A stretch of DNA of 63,994 nt, counting the filler, from Diploschistes diacapsis (taxonomy: Eukaryota): NCBI GenBank assembly GCA_023645945.1. It is 10 parts of 10 records of this genome, joined end to end, with 100 filler letters (N's around TTAATTAATTAA, not from the genome) between each part and the next. Parts side by side here need not be neighbours in the genome. Positions count along the whole stretch, not along the records: positions 12,656 to 16,758 come from JALAIB010001778.1; positions 16,859 to 20,953 come from JALAIB010001779.1; positions 21,054 to 47,573 come from JALAIB010000178.1; 7 more parts are not named here. One strand, 5' to 3'. Below are positions 13,330 through 24,724 of this stretch, in pieces. The notes under the pieces are model-generated. The model saw only the letters and a program-made list of their open reading frames with translations, did not search any database and was not told the DNA's origin. How positions within the stretch are numbered: the first letter of the stretch is position 1; each line of letters starts with the position of its first letter. Position numbers and translations under genes: made by a program.

Positions 13330-13590
13330 GGCCTTCCAACATCTGTCTTTTGACGCCAAAGCTTTTAAGACACTTTGTCTTCATACATTAAAGGCCTTCA
13401 GACATATGACATCTTCAGACACTCATCTAAAGACAGAAAGGGTCTTAACACGGATGTCTTCAGACAATGACTATCTTCAGACAATAAAAGTATGCAGACA
13501 CTTGTTTTAAGACTCACCCTATCTTCAGACATTTGTCTTCATACATTTGTTGTCTTAAGACAAATAATGTTTTAACATAGGTGTCTATAT
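13330..13590. repeat. Cluster of short TCTTCAGAC-like motifs, probably the subterminal region of a DNA element
   Basis: About ten degenerate copies of (G/A)TCTT(C/A)A(G/T)AC within about 250 nt. Confidence 0.55.
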
Positions 13591-13591
13591 A

Positions 13592-14456
13592 CAGTGAGGT
13601 CCCAAAAGTAGTTGGGTATGAAGACAACAAAACACGACCTATCAACTTCATCAAGCCATTGCGCGTTTAATAAAACTTCAATAAATGCGTAAATTAAATC
13701 ATTTTGAAGCTCTTAAATAGTAAATAATATTAATAATTAATTTATTATTCTTGCGCGTCTATATAAGCCTATATACGCTTCGATATAGAATAAACTAATA
13801 TAATAAATAATTCTTATATTTTATCCCCCCAAAAATATCCTAAAAGCTTCTCGAATGATTATTTTTAAAATATTTTTCTTTTTTTTTTTTATTCCGCGTA
13901 TCGTTTTAAGCTTAATATAAAGTTTAATAATCATTTCGTTAAAAATAGGTTATAGATGTTCGATAGGATTTAGATTTAAATTATAAAAAAGATAATCGAG
14001 CGTTTAAATATTTAATTCTTTTAAAAAACCTTTAATATAATTAATATTATATATAGGCGTATAATCCTGCAAAAATGCCTATTTAGATTCGTAGATTTAA
14101 GATATAATATCGCTTAAAATAAATAATATATTTCGGTAATAGTTATTCGTTTATTTTAATATTCTTATTATTTTTATTAATAGGCGTTATTTTAAGTAAT
14201 TCGTGTTATTATGTATTTGATTTTCGTTTAGCGCGTCGATAGAATCTATTTTTTTGATTTTAAGTAATAATTCGGGGGCATTTTGTGCGATATAGGTTAT
14301 GCTGTTTATCGTTTCGTTTTAAAACTTTTGCTTTCGTATATTGGGCTGTAAAATAGGGAATACTGAGCTTTTGGGCGGTATTTTTGAAAGTATTGACGCT
14401 GTAGAGAACGCGGAGGATCTCAGAACGCTTGAATGGCTTCAAACGGCGTTGGGGAG
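13592..14456 (-). mobile_element. RIP-degraded Tc1/mariner element (3' TIR plus transposase remnant)
   Basis: TA|CAGTGAGGTCCCAAAAGTAGTTGGGTA terminus. Minus strand reads TPQRRLKPFKRSEI... (HTH region), FLQDYTPIY, and NLNPIEHL* (degraded SPDLNPIEHLW). Confidence 0.8.
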
Positions 14457-14570
14457 TGTCGGAATACTAACCTAAATAGGTTAGTCAGATTGCTTACTAA
14501 GCTTCTAGTATGTTTGAATATGCTGGAAGGTTCTAGAAGGTTCTAGAAGGTTCTAGAATATTCTAGAATA
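14457..14570 (+). repeat. Copia LTR copy, inverted relative to 14729-14842, interrupting the Tc1 transposase
   Basis: TGTCGGAATACTAACCTAAATAGG...TTCTAGAATA matches the reverse complement of 14729-14842. Confidence 0.8.
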
Positions 14571-14728
14571 GGCTGACCGTTGCGTGCCACGGACACTAAC
14601 ACGGACACCGCAGCTAAAAATTTTTAAACACGGATACTAACACGGACATTATATTTCCGTAAATCCACGAACACGGACACCGTAATTAAAAAATATAAAA
14701 CACGAATCTTAATACGGATATTATATTA
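14569..14728. mobile_element. Left end of the same 72-bp-unit hAT-like element family
   Basis: Starts TAGGCTGACCGT, followed by about two ACGGACAC units like those at 12840-13030. Confidence 0.65.
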
Positions 14729-16480
14729 TGTTCTAGAATATTCTAGAACCTTCTAGAATCTTCTAGAACCTTCCAGCATATTCGAACATGCTAGAAGTTT
14801 AGTAAGCAATCTAACTAACCTATTTAGGTTAATATTCTGACACACCCCTTAAGCTAAATAAGTTAGTCAGTGGATAGGTCTAATAGGACTAATGAATTCG
14901 CACTAGTCCTATTGCGGATATAAACTCCTGCCATTTTTGATTAAGCACTGCCTTAGTAAGGCTATCCGCTAGCTGCTGATTGGTGGATATATATTTTAAA
15001 TATATATCTTTGTTTTTATTGGCTATTCGAACAAAATAATACTGAATATCAATATGTTTTGTTCGTTTGTGATATACAGGGTTTTTCGCTAGCTCGATCC
15101 CTGATTAACTGTGTGTAAAAATATGCTTAATTAATTCCTTATTTAGATAAGGAATTTGACTAAGCGTATTAATCAGATATAGTTATTCTTTTATCGCTTC
15201 TTTTAAGGCCATATATTCAGCCTTATAGCTACTAAGCGCCACTGTCTTTTATAAAATAGATACCCAGGAAATAGCGTTAGTCCCGATTAGGAATAAATAA
15301 CCGCTGGTTGATTTTCGGCTTTCATAATCCTCCCCCTAATCAGAATCGCAGTAGCCTTTTAGGTCATAAAAGGTCTGATTATATGATATACCGAAATTCC
15401 AAGTATGACGTAGATATTGCCAAATACGGTTTAGCGCCGAAAAGTGGTCTGGGCCTGGATTCTGTATAAATCTAGCGTATAGTCTTATTAAATATGCTAG
15501 ATCGGGCCTAATCATCGTCGCTAAATAAATAAGCGACTTTATTTATTGCTGGTATGCCTTGATGTCATCCGTACTAGCCTGTTCGGGATTAGGTTCCAGC
15601 CTTATTTCTATTCGGCTAGGATTAGCTACGGTTTTAATGCCTTTTTGGTATTTTTCTAGATATTGTTTGGCGTATCCTCGCTGAGTAATCGTCGTATTTT
15701 TGTTTTTCCGGTCTCGGATAATTTCAATACCGACGTATCGACTAGCTTAGCCCATATTAATCATTTCGAATTCAGCCGTTAATTTATTAAATATATTATT
15801 AACTGCTTCTTTATTGGCTGAAAATACCAGCATATCGTCCACATGTGTTAAAATGATGACTAATAGGTTAATCTATATAAGGATAGTTTGATCTAACGTA
15901 ATCGGCGCTAGTCCGCATTTGACTAACATCTTTATAAGCTTTTTCTGCTATTGGCGGGCAGATTGCTTTAGGCCGTAAAGGGCTTTGTTTAATAAATAAA
16001 CCCTGTCGGTTGAATCCTCGAATCCTATTGGTTGGATCATATAAATAACCTCATTTAGGTCGGTATTAAAGAATGCTGATATAACGTCTTACTGCCAGAT
16101 ATCCAGATCGAGATTAGTGGTTAGGTTAATTAATAGCCTAAATATTGCTGCTTTTGTTGTGCTGGCGAATGTATCGGAATAATCGATCTTTAGTAGCTGC
16201 GAAAAACCACGTGCCACCTATCGGGCCTTATATTTCTCCGGTGTCCCATTTAGGCCTAGCTTGGTTTTATAGATCCATTTCCCGGAAATAACCTTTCTGC
16301 CTTTTAGCGGTGTGTTTAGTGTTTACGTGTTTTATTTAATTAGTTTAGCTATTTCGGCTTTTATGGCCTCCTACCATTTCTCCCAGTCGTTACGTGACAT
16401 GGCGTCTTCGTAACTAATCGGATCAGGTATAGCTGTTAAAGCTAATTTTCCTGCTAGCTGGTTTATTAGATTGGTATTGG
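14729..16480 (-). mobile_element. RIP-degraded Ty1/copia retrotransposon: RT, RNase H, PPT and 3' LTR
   Basis: KYKAR*VARGFSQ, DVISAFFN, KALYGLKQSARQ, THVDDML, GYCDSD*, HKRTKHIDIQYYFVR, QLADSLTK. Followed by an AAGGGGTG polypurine tract and an LTR starting TGTCAGAA at 14842. Confidence 0.93.
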
Positions 16481-16758
16481 TGTTACGATCCAAGTAACTA
16501 GGTGGTAGCCACTTAGCACTTCACAGCTGATCGGGCCTAACCCAACCATTCCTTATATATAGTCCAATCATGGTAACGCCGGTCACGTGATAAGTAGAAA
16601 GCTTTAAAGGTTATTTTACTTTCTATAAATAAAACGGGAGAACGGTAATTTTATTTTATTTATTAATTTATTCCGTTAAAAAGCAGTTGATTATATAAAA
16701 ACGCGTTATAACTTTTATAAATCGGGATATGTTTATTTTTATAAACATCTTTAACGAT
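16481..16758 (-). repeat. LTR family A (partial), inserted in the copia pol gene
   Basis: Terminus TGTTACGATC at 16481; homologous to the reverse complement of 17030-17308 and 59050-59334. Confidence 0.8.
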
Positions 16759-16858
16759 NNNNNNNNNNNNNNNNNNNNNNNNNNNNNNNNNNNNNNNNNN
16801 NNTTAATTAATTAANNNNNNNNNNNNNNNNNNNNNNNNNNNNNNNNNNNNNNNNNNNN

Positions 16859-17308
16859 TATTTATACAAGATATACACGAGTAGGATTAAAATAGGTTTA
16901 ATTTTTATTAGAAGAGGAATATGGTAGGAAAAGAAGATAAAACAATTATAAATCTCAGACTATCTTTAAAAAGAAGGTTCTCTAATAATAGAAATAACGA
17001 ATATAAATTAATCCCGAGTAATAATTTAAGATATCTATAAAAATAAACACGCCCTAAATTTATAAAGGCCATAATAACGTTCTTATATAATTAACAACTT
17101 TCTTAACAGAATAAATAAATAAATAAATAAATAAATAGAACTACCGTTCTTTCTTTCTACTCATAACTAGATAAAATAGTCTTTAAGACCTTTTATTCAT
17201 CACGTGACCCGTGTCACCCTGATTGGACTATATATAAGGAATGGTTGCGAAGTGCCCGACTAGCTGTTGCGTGCCAAGTACTACCGCCTAGTACCTTGGA
17301 TCGTAACA
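16859..17308 (+). repeat. LTR family A, nearly complete; abuts an opposite-orientation family A fragment at 17309-17547
   Basis: Ends GATCGTAACA, has an internal TATATATAAGG box, and is colinear with 58880-59334. Confidence 0.8.
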
Positions 17309-17547
17309 AACGGAAGAACGGTAGTTTTATTTATTTACTAATTTATTCCGCTAAAAAACAGTTAATTATATAAGAACGCGTCATAATTCTTATAAGTCAG
17401 AATATGTTTATTTTTATAAATATCTTTAACGATTATTCGAGATCAATCTATATTCGTTATTTTTTATTATTAGAAAGCAATCTTTTTAGAAATCAGTATA
17501 GATTTATAATCGATTTATTTCTTCTCCTTTTATACTCCTCTTCTACT

Positions 17548-20500
17548 GTAAACATAAAAGTAGGCTGTGGACTTGGTGGGGGGTGAGTCCCTCAGAGCAG
17601 CTCCATATAAGGAGGTCTGCTAGGTAGTTTTAGACAATCAATACATCCTACATCTTATAAATGTCCTATTTAGGTATGCTGTTAACTACGAGATCACACT
17701 ACATTCATTTATTACATTACTTACGACTACTTACCTACTACAGTAAGGGAAGTCTCCCTAGACAACGCGTCTTGTATTTATAATGAGGGTTAATCTAAGG
17801 ACTTGTCTAAAGACTCTTCTACATCTTACGAAAGATAAGAAGAAGGTTACGATCTGAAAGCTTTAAACATAATAAGAAAATATTATTTATAAAAATATAG
17901 AAAGAGAAAGGAAAAGGGCATTTAATTATCCCTAAATGACCTGCTAGTATTAAAAAGATAAAAAAGTAGAATTTGGTTAAGATATATTTAGAAGGTTAGG
18001 CTGCGGATAAATAAAAAATTGAAAAAGAATTAAAAATTAAAGATTATCGATATTAAAAACGATAGGTATTATTGGTTCGAGTTACTCGATATCGGACGGA
18101 AATTAAACAGATTGATTAAAATTACGCGAATACGAACACGAGGGAAAGGAGATCGAATATGAATAAGTAATTTAAATAAGATGATACGAATACGAACGGT
18201 AAAGAATAGAGATCGAATACGAGTTTTAAAGAAAAATAATAAAAAACAAATGAACAAAAAAATCAATATTATCGGAACGAGAGAACCAGAGAATAAGAAA
18301 GAAAAAAAAGAAAAGAAGAACAACAAAAGAATGAGGCGGATATGAAGAATAAGGAAAGAAAGTTTGGTGTATTGTTGAAGCTAGGGGCTTTGTAGCAAAA
18401 AGAGTAAGAGAAAGTATGGTGTTATGATTCTAAAGAGGAATCAAAAGAGTATAAAAAGAAGGTGGTAAAATAGCGTAAAGAGTTAGGTAAGGAGTATCGT
18501 TCTTCTTCTTCTTTAAATTATTTACAGATTAATCCGGAAGATTATTCACGGATTGTCGCGTCTTTCTTTCTTTCGTGGTTAGCTTATAATTTTTTTTTAA
18601 GTATTAGCAGTATTAGGGACCCTTAGGATGCTCTATTCGATCACGATTAAAATAAAAGCGATATATCGTGATCCTAAACCTGAGATTTTATTAAAGATGG
18701 GTAATTAGCCCGATATTGTACTTTCGGAAAAAAGCGAGTAATTAGGAACGTTTATATAAAAAGAATCGTTGCTACCAAATGGACCGCTTACGGATGTAAA
18801 GTTAAAATTGTTTCTAGTATATGCGGCCTAGAATGTTTTAATATCGACGATGAGTATAGGTATTTTTTTTTACTGGCATCCCGTTCTTAAGTTAGGTATT
18901 ACGGGAGTTCCTTTCTTTATTGATAAAGATATGTCAAAGTTTGTTATTTAGTAGAAAGGATTCTGTCGGAAGTACCTTATAACGGTAAAAGATTTCTTTA
19001 TCCGTTTACCTGATTATAGTAAAGAGTTTATTGATATATTAATTAAAACGTCTCCTGAATTTATTAAGCGCGACTGGGCTGCTTTAAAGAAGGTTTTATT
19101 TCGGGATTATGTTTATCTTAATATTCGATAATAGATGAATATTAAAACCTATTTAATGGAATTGGCTACGAGATATCGCAATGGTTAAAAAAGATTTCGA
19201 AACTTTTGTTTTAGATTCGAAGTTGTGGCTAAAAATTTTTTTAGATAGGATATCCTTTCCGGTCGAGAAACAGTTATTATCTTTATTTATGGGTTATCGG
19301 AGAAAGAGGTTTAGAAACTGCTGTATAAGTATTCGGTTTTAGAACATGATTTTAGTTCCTATGACTTTAAGGCGATTATTAAGTGTGTACGAGGGTGATA
19401 TAATGAAAATCTTAGTTTCCGTATCTTTCGACCTTAAGGAAATATTAGATTTATGCAAGATATTCTCGATAGACAATATAATTCGGAGAAACATGCGTTT
19501 TTAAAAAATAAGAAAAGTAAGATCGATAATATAGAATTTATAGGTAACTTAAGGAACATTTCTGAAGATCTTATAAATAAATTTATAAAGAAGAATAAAG
19601 ATATGTTTAAAAAAAAGAAGGAAGGAATAATAAGAGATTTTAAAAATATGGTTCTGGGCGCGTAAATCAATTATACGCCCGTTATTAACGGTCTATATCG
19701 TCCTTTTGTTCCTAACGCGTCTTATTTAGCTCCTATTAGGCCTTATCAGTCTCAAGCAACTCGTCCTCCTCCAGCTCAATCTAATCAAAATAGATAATTT
19801 TAGGATACTATGCTCAATCGAGGCTCTACAACCTGTTATTTTTGCTAAAAAGATGGTTATTATAGGGTACGCTGCCTACTATTACAGCCGCTTTTCCAGA
19901 ATAAAGACATCTATATGTAAGAAAACAAGATCTTCGTTGGTCCGAATGACCATTTATAAGCATAATAGGCCAACCTTTATAGGTAAAATACGATGATTAA
20001 AAAGCTTATATCCTAAATTAATAATTAGAAAAAGATTTATAAAAATAAAGCTCCTTTAAACCCTCGTCCTCCATAGTAAGTCCAGACTAGGTCCTTATAC
20101 TAAATACCAGTCTATAATATAATTAATACTGGATTTAGGCCTAAAGATTTCGAGAAAGAGGAAAATAACGAAAAGATAATAGAACGCTTTTCTGTTTAGT
20201 TATACGAGGCCAATTATTAAGATATATATAAAACTAATATAACAATTAAGAAACGCCTTATTAAATAATAGAAAGATGTACCTGAACGGAAAAACCTTTT
20301 AAATCCGAAATTTAACGAACGTCGCCGGGTCCTGAAAGAAAAAACGATCGAAGAACAACGATTCTTATAGAACAAAAACGTTAGAAAAAAAAGATATATA
20401 CGGCTTATTATTATCACTTTATAGTCTACTATATTTAATAATACGGAAAAACGAGATCCGGATATATAAAAAACCATTATAAAAGATACCGAAAAGTTTA

Positions 20501-20953
20501 AAAAAATAAATCGAAAAGTTTAAATAATTCTATCTAACGGAAGTATACCGGAAAAGATTTTAATAAATCATTTCTACGTTTTCGTCGTCCGAAAACCAAG
20601 GATTTTAAGAAAAATAACTATTGATCTATTGAAAGAATAAGCTCTTAAAATTACTAAAAACATTAAAATCAAGATTATTTTAAAAGAAGCTTTTTAAACA
20701 AGAATCATGCGTTTACTTTAAGAAAAGTTAAAAAATCATACGGTCGAAAAAAATGCTCGCGCAAAAGATCCAGGACCGAAGAAGTTTATTTATTCTACGT
20801 ATAACCTATCCGCCAGATAGCTTAATAGGTATAATGTTAATTCGAAATAGCTAACCGACATAATGAATTTATAATTATAAGATATCATATATTCGGCTAT
20901 TTGTCCGGAAACGGTAATTACGATCGAGAATTATCGGATTCGTATATTACTTA
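17548..20953 (+). mobile_element. RIP-degraded LTR retrotransposon (probably Ty3/gypsy): 5' LTR about 17548-17782 plus gag region
   Basis: LTR-like segment TGTAAACA...TGTATTTATA with TATA box. Degraded zinc knuckle CYFC*KDGYYRVRC (CX2CX4HX4C) at 19834-19875. Very AT-rich with TpA excess. Confidence 0.7.
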
Positions 20954-21053
20954 NNNNNNNNNNNNNNNNNNNNNNNNNNNNNNNNNNNNNNNNNNNNTTA
21001 ATTAATTAANNNNNNNNNNNNNNNNNNNNNNNNNNNNNNNNNNNNNNNNNNNN

Positions 21054-22177
21054 CTCCACCCCCGCCCCTCCTCCCTCGCCATTGCTCCGGAACCGCCGAA
21101 AAGCCTCCCTCACATGGTCCGGGAGTAAGGGACCCTTGTCGTTGTCTCTACTGCGTAACGGCGCCTCCTTACGGAAATCGGACACGAAAGGCGGATCTGA
21201 GGAGGGGAGGAAGTCTGTCTTCTTTTTCGCTTCGTTCTGAACCAGCATACTCGGAGCGGTGGCGATGCTGGGGGCGAGGGCCGATGAAGTAATAGTGTCG
21301 GCCTGGTACGGTGGAGTCGGCAGCGAGCGCTCGGCTGCTTCGACTTCCTGTTCCTGGATTTCGCGCGCGCGCTCGATCAGCGTGCCGAGGAAGACTTTGG
21401 CGAAGCCGTTGATGGAGGTGACGACGGCGGGGGGGACGGATTGGGAGAGGGTTTGGTTGACGATCTGGAGGCGGTTATTTTAGCTTCTAGCTTCCCGTAG
21501 CTTTAAGGAGAGGTCGCGAGGACTGGGAATGGCGGGTAGGGGATCGTGCTTACTCTTCGCACGACGGGCGCCTTGAGCTTGACGCGCCGGTAGACGTCGT
21601 AGCGGTCGCTTTGGTCTTGGTTGAAGGCGTCGACCAGCACGCTGAGCGGTTAGAACGGTTGCTTCGGTAAAAGGGTAGAAGCTATTTACTTCATTCTCCG
21701 CTGCTCGTACGCTTCGTCAATCTTCGCGCCCTCGTCCACAACGTCGGCCCCGGGCCCTTCCCCAGCCGCATAATCCTCATCCTCCTCTTCACCCTCCTCC
21801 TCTACGGCATCCGCCCCGCTAGGCGCTGCACCGGTCGCGCTGGCCTTCGTCGTGCTGCGGACGCTCTGCGCATCGTCCTTCCGCTTCCTGCTTTTCTTCT
21901 TGCCCAGTGCGCTCACACTTCGTGCTCCTGTCCCTGCGGTGATGATTGAGTCAACGCTTGGAGAGCGCTCGCCTTCGCGTATTTCTTCGGGAGGAAAGGA
22001 GGTTTGTCGGAGAGGGTGGGAAAAACTGTTGGCGGAGAAAGATGGCGTCTTGCGCTTTTTGGAGAGGTGAGGTGGATTTGTTGAGAGAGTGAGGGGACGC
22101 TTGCGTGGATTGGGGAGGGCTAGGTGTGCAGGATAGGGAGGAGAGGTAGCGGGCGAGTGGCGAGGAGGCGATGCCAT
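21054..22177 (-). CDS. TAF11: TFIID subunit 11 (TAFII28 histone fold), 2 introns, 3'-truncated
   Basis: HPLRQTSFPP; VLVDAFNQDQSDRYDVYRRVKLK; IVNQTLSQSVPPAVVTSINGFAKVFLGTLIERAREIQ; GPLLPDHVREAFRR. Confidence 0.93.
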
Positions 22178-22562
22178 GTTGTGAGATGGCGAGGGGTTGG
22201 TGAGCGGATGTTGAAGGGACTTCTTCTGGGGAAGGGCCTAGTTTAGGATATGATGCAACTGCATGGTGCAGTCATTACGGGCGGATTGTAAGTGTACGGC
22301 CTCAGAATTGCTATAATATAGCAAGCGTACACCCTGCACAAAGCATGTTATGTGGCAGAGAAATGAGGTGCTTTACACACAGTTCAAAGTATGCAGTGCC
22401 GGGTAGAGTTAGAGGTCGATTTGAGCGCGCATCATTGCAACGGGAAGAACCTCCGGAGCTAAATAGCTTATTTAAGCTTGTTATCTCCGGATAAGCGCAC
22501 GGATATGGTACTCCATTAATCACAACTCCCTCTTACAAGTCAGTCGCTATCTCTAGCGTAGC

Positions 22563-23454
22563 ATGAGTCGCTTCTATGTAAAACATCACAAAGCTCGAGA
22601 TGCGCCTGTATGCTGATACTCGATAGTTCGACGGCTCTGATTCAGGGTCAGACGACGAAAAGTCTCTGCCATACCCGAAGCCGCTTGCCCGCGAAGCTTT
22701 TCTCTCCCAGGAGTTTTCGCCCACGGAATTCCTGTCGTCCTTGCGGAATCGTCATCAGACCCTCGAGGACCTGCGACAGGAGCTACGGACAAGAAGTCAG
22801 GAACTTAACAAGGAACTATTGGACCTTGTGAATGAGAACTATCAGGACTTTCTGGGATTGGGTGATACTCTGAAAGGCGGCGAGGAGAAGGTGGAGGAAG
22901 TCAGGCTAGGCTTATTGGGTTTTCGACGAGAGGTTGACTCACTGAAGGGCAAGGTAGAGATACGACGCCAAGAGATAGAAAGGCTACTTCGGGAAAGACG
23001 GAAGATCACAAAGGATGAGCGCGTTGGCAAAAGTCTGTTAGAGGCCGATGCGAAGTTGCTGGAGCTGGAAGAGGGCCTCGGATTACGGGCAAATAGGTAT
23101 GCGGCAGCGGATGGAAGCTTGAATTTCGACTGTTCGGAGAGCGAGGAAGAGAGTGACGCGGATCAGGCGAGCCACACCGTCTTGATATCACGTCTCAGCA
23201 GAAGGGTCCATCAATATTTGTACTTGCGAAAATTGATAAGTAAGATTGGACCAAATCATCCTTTCTTGTCGAGACAAGAAGGTAGGGTAACAAAAGTCCG
23301 ACAAACACTGCTCCTCGATCTTAACAACGCTCTTGCACAAGTCCGAAGCTTGGAAGGGAGCGGGGGCCAAATTCTTCGGCTTCTCTCGCTGTACCGTGAG
23401 ATGGGTGAAGCAAGAGAAGCACTGAACATGGTCAGAAAATCAAATCAACAATGA
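22563..23454 (+). CDS. COG2: Conserved oligomeric Golgi complex subunit 2
   Basis: MSRFY exon, intron, then LPYPKPLAREAFLSQEFSPTEFLSSLRNRHQTLEDLRQELR...LLDLVNENYQDFLGLG. Confidence 0.88.
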
Positions 23455-23512
23455 CGAAAACACCCCATATGTCTGATGCGCTGTGTCCGCCCACTTATAA
23501 CGCTTGGAACCC

Positions 23513-24508
23513 CTATTGTACACTTAAATCTTTTGTTGGAAGAGAATCAGGGCTTCTGAAGTTGCCGTTCAACGAGAACCCTGGGCCATGCGTGGAGCTC
23601 AAGACCTGCACGAGTGAGCTTGCAAGACATACAAATGCAAAGTGCTAAGCACTCACCACCTCGTGGATGTCCTTTGACGCCTTGTCGCTTATAATGTCAA
23701 GGTCTTTCTTAACGTTGGCCATAAAGGCCCGGATATTAGCCTGCACTTGCTCTGGGGTGAAACCCAATTGTCCGATCGCGAGCCTTATTACACCAATTTT
23801 CTCCTTGTACTCGGTTCCTCCTACCATGGCTTTGATGGTTGCCGCAACATTCCTAACAATCGTACCCTGCCTCGAGCTTGGCATCAACCCCTTTGGACCA
23901 AGTATCCTTCCCAATCCAGCTTTGTTGAGCTTCTGCGCGCTGTCCTGATGACACAGTAGCTGGTTAAATTCTATACGGCCCTCCTTGATAGCATCAATCA
24001 AGGCATCTTCGGCAACAAGGACCGCTCCAGCCCCTCTGGCGGCCGCCGCTGCTTGTGAATCTGGTTTGCAAATGACGGCTATGCGCTGCGCTGTGCTAAC
24101 AGCATGTGGAAGCCGCATCCTGTTCCGAACAACGGGCCCATTCTTCAGCGAACGCAGGCTGACGGCAAGCTCGAATTTTGGAGATGTAGGTAGTTGTCCA
24201 ACTTCAAAGGCGCGGAGATATCTGCTATATTTTAAGCATTGACTAGGAGGGCAAAGAAGTTGAACAGACCTTATCGCGTCGCACAACGCAAACTTCTGTG
24301 AATCGTCGACAGGGTTTCTCTTGAACTCTTTTCGCTCTTTCTTTTTCTTCGTAGGCGCATCTGGTTTCTTAGTTTTCGATGTTGTTGAAGCATTTCGAGA
24401 AAAGATGGATGGAGCTAGGAAGGGTACAAGAGGTGAAGCCGGTGTGATCTGCTGGTTTAATCTATAAGTACATATGACTTTCTTCTTTGACAGAGCTCTG
24501 CAAGCCAT
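23513..24508 (-). CDS. MRPL1: Mitochondrial ribosomal protein uL1m, 2 introns
   Basis: MRLPHAV, LGRILGPKGLMPS, IGQLGFTPEQVQANI; last exon VLSSTHGPGFSLNG. Basic N-terminal presequence. Confidence 0.93.
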
Positions 24509-24724
24509 ATCGGCAGTTCGTACGTGCATGTATAGAGGGTGATGAAGAAAATTCGAAGCGCGCAGCCTGCTTTGAGGTGATGCTGCCAAGCTCTATCTAT
24601 CCCTTCTGGGGGTTTTAGACGGAGATTAAAGCTATATCGACCTTAAACCCGAACATTAGAGCTTCCAGTATTCAACCCCGCCAATGTTATTGTTTCTCCT
24701 CTCACAGCAGCAACATACTTGAAG

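Noticed and set aside
18069..20477. AT-rich ORFs suggesting mitochondrial DNA or NUMTs
   Set aside because: They lie within an LTR/gag relic with a TpA-rich RIP-like signature, and no mitochondrial gene motifs were seen.
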